DNA of 64,000 nucleotides from Eledone cirrhosa. Lineage: Eukaryota. The stretch lies in assembly GCA_964016885.1 (NCBI GenBank), contig OZ024746.1, forward strand, positions 21,700,001 through 21,764,000, in the 5' to 3' direction. Both the position numbers and the translations under genes were made by a program. Below the pieces are notes generated by a model. The model had not been told where the DNA came from, did not search any database, and saw nothing but the letters and a program-made list of their open reading frames with translations. Positions 55,692 through 64,000 of this stretch are shown one piece after another (the first letter of the stretch is position 1; the number at the start of each line of letters is the position of its first letter).

Positions 55692-56399
55692 ATGTATATA
55701 CATATCTTGTGTTTATATTTAAGTTGTTTTTATTTTATTTTCTCCCCCCCCCCACACACACACTGCCCCCACACACACACTCACACCTATCGTTGTCTTT
55801 TACTTTATTTTGTTTTTGTTTATATATATATATATATATATAAGTATGTATACGTACATACATATATGTATACAGACGTACAGTAGTATGTATATATATA
55901 CATACATGCACACATATATATATGTACGTATGGATTCACCGAACATTTATTATAATGCTCGGTGTGTTTGTAAACAAACATCCCGTATTAAGCCGTACAG
56001 TGTTTGGCAACCATCGTTGCCCTTTTGTTATATATATTTTGTTATATATATGTTGTTCTTATTTATTTTTTTTTCGTTATTTCTGCTTGCTTACTACTTC
56101 CCAATTTTAGTGTATATATCTGTGTATATGTATGTGTATGTATTTATGTTCCTGTCCATATTTCTTTGTAGACGCTAATACGTTTGTGTGAGTTTACGTC
56201 TATTTACTTTTTAATATATGCGCGTAGTTGATTGTGTGTATGTTTACGTTCTAGATATTTATATTTTTATTCTTATATATATATATTTTATATTTTTTCC
56301 CCTATTTCCTTTTCGCCCGTTTTTTTTTTTAGCCTCACTTTCATATTTCCTAAATTTTATTTTCAAATCCATATTTAATAAAAACACCATGTTTTTTTA

Positions 56400-56447
56400 T
56401 TCATTCTGACGACTGAAGACAGATTCAAGAAACCACTGGTAAATGAA
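56400..56447 (+). ncRNA. type I hammerhead ribozyme motif
   Basis: ttcatt-CTGACGA-c-tgaa(gacaga)ttca-a-GAAA-CCACTGG-TA-aatgaa, with a perfect 6-bp stem I. Confidence 0.8.
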
Positions 56448-56544
56448 ATAATTATCTTATGTTGTTTATTATATAACTAATAAGCTCTGTAGCCTATATA
56501 GAGCACTCTTTTTTCCTGTACCTTTCCGATGGAATTACTTCATT

Positions 56545-56686
<142 letters not shown>

Positions 56687-57588
56687 TGTATATATATATA
56701 TATATATATATATACAGTATATATATATATATATATACTGTATATATATATATATATATATAGACGTGCACCCACATATGCATGCACATCCACAAACACG
56801 CGCGCGTCTACGTGTGCATATAAACTGATGCCTCGCTATGCATTTGCTAACACATGTACTCAGTGAACTTACAGATACAAAGGAATAAAACGTAGCAATT
56901 GTTTATCAAGGAAAATAATTGTTTCTACTTTTTGGCACAAGGCCACCAATTAACCAGTGCATTACTGGTACTTTATTATATCGACCCCGTAAGGATGAAA
57001 GGCAAAGTTAACCTCGGTGGCATTTGAACTCAGACCGTAAAGGGACGTAACAATGCTGGAAAGTATGGCGTCCGACCTTCTACCGATACTGCCAATTCAG
57101 GAAAATAATCGTTTCTGCTTTAGGCACAAGGTCAACAATTGGGGAGAGGAGAGAGGGGAAAGTCGATTAAAGTGACTCCAGTTCGTTACTGGTACCTTAT
57201 TTTATCAATTCTGTAAGGATAAAAGGCAAAACTAACATCGGCGGGATTTGAACTCAGAAGGTAAATAGATGTAACACTATGCCGCAAAGCATATTGCCCG
57301 ACAATCTACTGATATTGTCACCCTACCGCCCTTTTCAAGGGAGATAACGCTCCTTTTTCGATTTTTTCAAGGGAAAGAACTTCCAATGATTTTTTTTATT
57401 TTATTTTAATAGCCTCCGCAACCCGCAATTGCCCAAACGTGTTGAGTACAGCTACAGCCCTGAAGACATGACCAAAATCCAACAGAAAGTAGTAGATGGG
57501 GGATCAACCAGGGAGAGGTTCCTCCAGCAGGTCTGGGAAGACCCTGGATAGGATTCGATTTCTTGCAGGTCGATCGACATATCATTTA

Positions 57589-57627
57589 CGGAAGTAGTGA
57601 CTGTTACTATGGCAACTAACAGGAAGT
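57589..57627 (+). promoter_or_regulatory. RFX X-box flanked by two ETS-like GGAAGT sites
   Basis: GTTACTATGGCAAC at 57603-57616, cggaagt at 57589-57595 and aggaagt at 57621-57627. The X-box ends 75 bp upstream of the ATG. Confidence 0.65.
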
Positions 57628-57691
57628 TATAAAACACGTTTAGTTTGTTGATATTAAGTATCTTACGACAGTAATAAATATAAGCAAGAAG

Positions 57692-57806
57692 ATGGAGATG
57701 ATGGAGGAAGGTCTTATGTTTCTTGATCATTCAGAACTTTACAATTTACTACAGAACTCTAAAGAATATCCTTCTCTTTCTGATCCGAATTATCTTTTAC
57801 TATTGG
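57692..57806 (+). CDS. STYXL1: STYXL1/MK-STYX-like, coding exon 1
   Basis: MEMMEEGLMFLDHSELYNLLQNSKEYPSLSDPNYLLLL resembles the recalled human N-terminus (TELYNILNQ...LTDPNYLCLLD). Donor G|GTGAGT, phase 1. Confidence 0.88.
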
Positions 57807-57847
57807 GTGAGTAAATTACTTATACTCTAATAAATATGAACAGTTTC

Positions 57848-58382
57848 GTGGTGGTGGTGGTGGTGTTCGTTGTGGTAGTGTGGTTGGTGGTGGTAGTGAT
57901 GTTGTTTTTGTTGGTGGTGATAGTGGGGGGGGGGGGGGTGGAGGAAGTTGTGCTTGTCGCGGTGGTGATCGAGGTGGGAAGGGGGTTAGTGGTGATTGTT
58001 GTGGAGGTGGTGGTAGTGGTGGTTGAGGTATGGGCGATGGTGATGGTGGTGGTGGTGGTGGTTGTGGTAGTGATGGTAGTGGTGGTGGTGATACTGGTAG
58101 ATGTGATGGAGGTGGTGGTAGTGATGTTGTTTTTGTTGGTGGAGTAGTGGGGGGGAGTGGTGATGGAGGAAGTTGTGCTTGTCGCGGTGGTGATCGAAGT
58201 GGGAAGGGGGTTAGTGGTGATTGTTGTGGAGGTGGTGGTAGTGGTGGTTGAGGTATGGGTGATGGTCATGGTGGTGGTGGTGGTGGTGGTTGTGGTAGTG
58301 ATGGTAGTGATGGTGGTGATGATGATACTGGTAGATGTGATGGAGGTGGTGGTAGTGATCGTGGTTGTGATTGTAGTGGTGG
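57848..58382. repeat. GGT/GAT-rich low-complexity tract with about 230-bp internal duplication (intron 1)
   Basis: About 57885-58125 matches about 58110-58360. Confidence 0.85.
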
Positions 58383-58455
58383 GGTCGATTTAATTGAATT
58401 CCCCTCTCCAAAAATTGTTGGCCGTGTGCCTAAATCAGAAACCATTATTTTGTAG

Positions 58456-58517
58456 ATACAAGAAATGAAGAGGATTATAATGAGGGCCATATAATCACAG
58501 CTAAAAGAGTGAAACAG
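58456..58517 (+). CDS. STYXL1: STYXL1-like, coding exon 2
   Basis: ttttgtag|(D)TRNEEDYNEGHIITAKRVKQ|gtaaga contains the rhodanese DxR...Y...HI..A motif. 62 bp, phase 1 to 0. Confidence 0.88.
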
Positions 58518-59470
58518 GTAAGACAGATGGATTAATAATGGTTTCTTATATAGGCACAAGGCTAGCAATTTTGGGGGAGGGGAAAGTCGATTAAATTGAC
58601 CCCAGTGTATTACTGGTACTTTATTTTATCAACCCCGTAAGAATGAAAGGCAAAGTTAACCTCGGCAGGATTTGAACTCAGATCATGAGGGGCCGTAACG
58701 CTATGCTGCTAAGCATGGCGTCGGACACTCTATTGATTCTGCCAATCCACCGCCCGTACAGATGGATTAATAATGAAAACTTTCTTTACAATATCATAAT
58801 GAAAAGAAATAGAAAAAGAAAGAAAATGAAAAGAAAAGTGGGGAGAAGACAAGATGGCAAAAATGGAGAACAGCCAGCGACACCCATTGCATCAACCATT
58901 CCACCTCATGAGGCTCCTTCCTCTTGTGTGGCACCCTCATCCCAGTTTGGCAAAGAAAAATGGTATTCCAGACAACAAGGATACTGGAGGAGCTAAAAAA
59001 TGTATCTTAACCCTTTTCATTACCATATTTCTAATGAAAAACACTCCCTATGGTTTTCAAATTATCTTGAAAATAAATAAGATTTTGGGAAGATCTAGCA
59101 ATATTACTAACCTTTTTAATGAAGCTGATATTCAGAATATAAATTAACAAATATTTTTACATAAAATTATGGTAAAAGTTTTTACTGGCAGTAAAAATGG
59201 CCATTCAAATCCCACCAACAGTCACCAGATAATCACCCAGAAATAAATGTGAAACATAGGTGAGCAAGATGCTAGTGGAAAAAGGTCAACCCTGGTTGAG
59301 CAGTCCTATGATCAAAGGTGTGCCAGCCATGGCAATCCCATCTTAAATATGGTAAAGCTGGATTTATAGCAGATTTGTTTGTATTTCTAGCAAGACAAGA
59401 AGCTATATAGAATAGACTCCCCTCTTCTCTGTGTGCATCAGATGGAAGTGGTGGTTAGGATGATGATGTC

Positions 59471-59514
<44 letters not shown>

Positions 59515-59923
59515 GCATCATCATCATCATCATCATCATCATTTAATGTCCATTTCCCTTTCTAGCAAGTGTTACATAGGTTGTCACAAACCAAGTCAAT
59601 GCTTAATTGGAGCTACTGATTTCTCAGATTGTCCAGGGCTCACTTCTTGCTTACATACATTTCTACATACATTTTATCATGGCACCAGTGGTAAAGAGGT
59701 CTTCATGTCTTTGATACAGCTGAAGAGTTTTCTCTCCATCTTTTGTTTGGAAGGTTTTCTATGGGTAGGTGCCCTTCTTATCAGCAGCCACTTTACAGAG
59801 TGTACTAGGTGTATTTTGTCATGTCACCAACACTAGAGAGGTGAGACGTTATGTCCTTCAGAGAAATCAATATAAATTAGTTGTTGTTGTTATTGTTAGT
59901 ATATTTTCTTGTTGCTACTGTAG

Positions 59924-60023
59924 GATGAGAAGGAAACCATGTTGGTACCATATGATGCTGAACTAGAATGTAAACAGCATGTTATACTCTATGACAGCAA
60001 AACAAAGTCTTTCAAGGATGAAG
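59924..60023 (+). CDS. STYXL1: STYXL1-like, coding exon 3
   Basis: ctgtag|DEKETMLVPYDAELECKQHVILYDSKTKSFKDE|gtaagt. 100 bp, phase 0 to 1. Resembles recalled LLPESVDLECVKYCVVYD. Confidence 0.88.
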
Positions 60024-61001
60024 GTAAGTTTCATAAACTATTGATCTCTCTCCATCCTGTCAGCCAGGACCATGAGGTGAACTGACCTTTAAGTTAAATT
60101 TATGGTAGGTGTCATCATCATCATCATCATCATCATCATCTAACGTTCATTTTCCATACTTGCATGGGTTAGACTGGTTGTCATATTATGAGATATGTCC
60201 TGACCAACGCGGTCGTCTCTCTTGCACACCACTTCGGATTCCTCTTAAACCCAGTTTCTCCCTCAGTTCATCCAATCTCTGCCTTTCTCTCATTGCTTAT
60301 CAGGTACAAACAAATTGAAGGATACACAGCTGTAAAAATAAACCAATCTCATCAAAGTTGTCAAAGTAAAACAGGTGTAAAATAAAATGAACTGAGCAAC
60401 AACAAAAATGAAGAAGTGGACTTTTAGTGCACCTGAGCACTGTACTCAATAATTTTATTATTATTATTATTTTTAAAAATTAAAAAAAGTACATAAGCAG
60501 CAAAAAAAAGTGTAAGGGAAGTAACTCTTAGATAACGATGTTTTGTAATTTTGTACATGTTTTTCTGGGTTTAAAAAAACAATTCATAAAGAGATTTAAC
60601 CCAAGATCTTGTGATTGCAAAGTGAACTTCTTAACCACTCATCCACTAGATAATACAACTCTAGATAGATAGATATCGATGCCAGTACATGGCTGGTACT
60701 GCATTTATCAACCTTGCAAGGATGAAAGGCAAAGTTGACCTTAGCAGAGAAGAATTTGAACACATAGTTCAATTAGGCAGAACGTACATATATAATATAA
60801 TGAATATAATGAAAATTAATGTGTACAGTGCTCAGGTGTACTAGAGAATATACCGAGGCATTTAATTCCAATCTCCTTACAATTTCCACCTTAATCCTAT
60901 ATAAGGTAACCCATGTCTGTTCGTACCTGGGCTGACATGGATCTAAACAACAACAATAACAATATAACTAACATAATTAACAACTTCATTAAACATTTCA
61001 G

Positions 61002-61070
61002 GTCCTTTCCTGGACTTTGCTTGGCTGTTATGGAAATTAGGAAGTAAATATAAAGTAAAAATACTGGCAG
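61002..61070 (+). CDS. STYXL1: STYXL1-like, coding exon 4
   Basis: tttcag|(G)PFLDFAWLLWKLGSKYKVKILA|gtaaac. 69 bp, phase 1 to 1. Completes V-x-I-L-x-GGY with the next exon. Confidence 0.82.
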
Positions 61071-61184
61071 GTAAACATGTGTTGCTTATTTTCTGAAGTA
61101 TAAAGTTAACTGGATGAATTGATACACACAATTCTGCTTAGAAGTGAAATATTTGTGTAATTGTTGCATAAAAGGGGAATTAAA

Positions 61185-61582
61185 TTGATTAATTTATGGT
61201 AAGTTTAATTGACTAATGGACGGCGTGTTTAATTAACTGATGATGATGAGTTTAATTGACTGATAGATGGTGTGTTTAATTGAATAATTAATGGCATGCT
61301 TAATTGACTAATTAGTGGTGAGTTTAAATGACTGATAGATGATGTGTTTAATTGATTGATAGTTGATGAGTTTAATTGACTAATAGAAGATGTGTTTAAT
61401 TGATTGATAGTTGATGAGTTTAATTGACTAACAGATTATGTGTTTAATTGATTAATTAATTGAGTGTTTAATGGAATGATTAATGGTGTGTTTAATTGAA
61501 TAATTAATAGTATGTTTAATTGACTAATTAGTGGTGTTTTTAATTGACTAATTAGTAGTATATTTAATTGACTAATTAATGG
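61185..61582. repeat. degenerate 24-bp minisatellite (intron 4)
   Basis: About 16 units with consensus near gtttaattgactaatagatgatgt. Confidence 0.8.
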
Positions 61583-61607
61583 GGAGTAAAACTATGTTAT
61601 ATTCCAG

Positions 61608-61675
61608 GTGGGTATGAAGAGTTCTCAGCTTATTACCCATTCCTTCGTTCACAGAAGATTATGTTCACAATGAGG
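61608..61675 (+). CDS. STYXL1: STYXL1-like, coding exon 5 (gene continues beyond the window)
   Basis: ttccag|(G)GYEEFSAYYPFLRSQKIMFTMR|gtaaat resembles recalled [20 protein letters not shown]. The five exons total 414 nt in frame. Confidence 0.9.
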
Positions 61676-62844
61676 GTAAATGATTATTTTCACAATTTCT
61701 TGCTTATAAGCTAGTACGAGGTGAACATTGCCTTTCATCCTTTCGGGGTCAATAAAACGTACAGGGGTCGATTCTTTTTCTATATCTCTTTCTCGCTTTC
61801 ATTCTCTCTTAATTTCTATCTTTCTCTGGGAGAAATCTGCTGTGTTCAGACGTGGAGAGTGATGGGTTCTGCCAGGCTTAAAATGCCCAAGAAACACTGT
61901 ATGTATTTAAGGCACCTCTACGATTCCATCAGAAATTACGGCACCGTATTATATACCATCCCTTTAGTTTTTAACGTCCTTTTCTGCAGACTAAGCAGAA
62001 ACATGTCCAGATTTCTCTTTCCTGCTTTTTGAAAAAAGGAGAAAAAAATCAATATTACTCACTAATATTCATTGATCTCAAGCATATTTAATCTTCACTT
62101 AAATATTTTAATATTCCATGCATTAAAACTCTTTCCCCATTATAACTATGAAAAGGATTAATTATAAATCAGAGTAATTTACTGTATATTTTGTGTATAA
62201 TATGATAAGTTTTGAATTAAAATTAAGAGATCATTATACATGAGTATATGTTTGCAAATATTTTTACTGAGCTTAAAAATAAACAATTGTTTACAACTGC
62301 TAAACATTTGGTTGTTTTACATTCTTCCACTGGGATTTCTTGGCACTTCTTCACTCAACAATCATCATCCATGTGTAGAAATTGTAAGGCCAGGGAGACT
62401 ATTTTAGTCTTGCCAAATACAAAACCACCTTTTTAATAATGGGACTCTCAGTAAGCTTTGTAACTTGGTTGGTGTTAGGAGTGTCTGTCTTGCCATAGAA
62501 TCCATGACCAAAATCTAATATGTGACATGCAAGATGTGACCATATTTAAAAGATCAGTAACTCTAAATAAAAATTGACCTGAACTGGGACAACACATTCA
62601 ACCTTTAGCAACTTATAAACAGATGTAAAAATTATGATCATGATGCAATCTTAAATGAATTGCGTCGGGGGGCAGGGGCATAAAAAGAAAAAACAAGCTG
62701 TTAGTGGTTGGAACAGGACACAATTGACTCATAGAAGGTCAGCTAAACATACATAGGTATAAGCTGTAACAACATGATAGGATTGAATCTCCTTTCATTA
62801 AAATACTCAAAAAATCTTTTATGAGATACAACCTCATAGGTGGT

Positions 62845-63936
62845 GAGCTGAACCTACATGGATGTGAGCTAAACCTACATGGATGTGAGCTGAACCTACA
62901 TGGATGTGAGCTGAACCTACATGGATGTGAGCTAAACCTACATGGATGTGAGCTGAACCTACATGGATGTGAGCTAAACCTACATGGATGTGAGCTGAAC
63001 CTACATGGATGTGAGCTAAACCTACATGGATGTGAGCTGAACCTACATGGATGTGAGCTAAACCTACATGGATGTGAGCTAAACCTACATGGATGTGAGC
63101 TGAACCTACATGGATGTGAGCTAAACCTACATGGATGTGAGCTAAACCTACATGGATGTGAGCTGAACCTACATGGATGTGAGCTAAACCTACATGGATG
63201 TGAGCTGAACCTACATGGATGTGAGCTAAACCTACATGGATGTGAGCTAAACCTACATGGATGTGAGCTGAACCTACATGGATGTGAGCTAAACCTACAT
63301 GGATGTGAGCTAAACCTACATGGATGTGAGCTGAACCTACATGGATGTGAGCTAAACCTACATGGATGTGAGCTAAACCTACATGGATGTGAGCTGAACC
63401 TACATGGATGTGAGCTAAACCTACATGGATGTGAGCTGAACCTACATGGATGTGAGCTGAACCTACATGGATGTGAGCTGAACCTACATGGATGTGAGCT
63501 AAACCTACATGGATGTGAGCTGAACCTACATGGATGTGAGCTAAACCTACATGGATGTGAGCTAAACCTACATGGATGTGAGCTGAACCTACATGGATGT
63601 GAGCTAAACCTACATGGATGTGAGCTAAACCTACATGGATGTGAGCTAAACCTACATGGATGTGAGCTGAACCTACATGGATGTGAGCTGAACCTACATG
63701 GATGTGAGCTAAACCTACATGGATGTGAGCTGAACCTACATGGATGTGAGCTAAACCTACATGGATGTGAGCTAAACCTACATGGATGTGAGCTGAACCT
63801 ACATGGATGTGAGCTAAACCTACATGGATGTGAGCTAAACCTACATGGATGTGAGCTAAACCTACATGGATGTGAGCTGAACCTACATGGATGTGAGCTG
63901 AACCTACATGGATGTGAGCTGAACCTACATGGATGT
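62845..63936. repeat. 21-bp minisatellite, 52 copies, GAGCT(G/A)AACCTACATGGATGT
   Basis: Directly visible, and only position 6 varies. Confidence 0.97.
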
Positions 63937-64000
63937 GAGTTATAACAACGACTTGATAGAACTGGGGCCTCAATTATCAAAACACCCAAGAAACCTCCTG

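Noticed and set aside
57820-58568. Thr-, Val-, Gly- and His-rich mucin-like ORFs
   Set aside because: They come from a GGT-rich low-complexity tract inside STYXL1 intron 1 that is open in most frames by composition.
62845-63936. CRISPR-like array
   Set aside because: The units are contiguous with no unique spacers, there are no cas genes, and the context is eukaryotic.
61676-64000. Search for STYXL1 exon 6 (start of the phosphatase-like domain)
   Set aside because: No matching exon was found by eye. It is presumed to lie beyond the window.

Overview
AT-rich, microsatellite-saturated eukaryotic DNA whose repeat content (tRNA-derived SINEs, RTE/CR1/CRE LINE relics, Penelope-like RT, Tc1/mariner, hAT, Helitron) suggests a coleoid cephalopod such as octopus (inference). 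One host gene is recoverable, although the ORF track misses it: five + strand coding exons (57692-61675) splice in frame into 138 codons of a STYXL1/MK-STYX-like rhodanese domain, with an RFX X-box upstream; the gene runs off the window end. The most striking unannotated signal is about 14 intact or degraded type I hammerhead ribozyme motifs from several sequence families, including variant cores (UUGAUAA, CAGACGA). Most sit in 0.1-0.8 kb non-coding units with terminal direct repeats, inverted tails or full palindromes, next to (TA)n/(CA)n microsatellites. This fits Penelope pseudo-LTR or retrozyme-like non-autonomous elements. A 52 x 21-bp stop-free minisatellite lies downstream of exon 5, probably in intron 5. 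All calls are by eye, no database search was run, and repeat boundaries are approximate unless stated otherwise.
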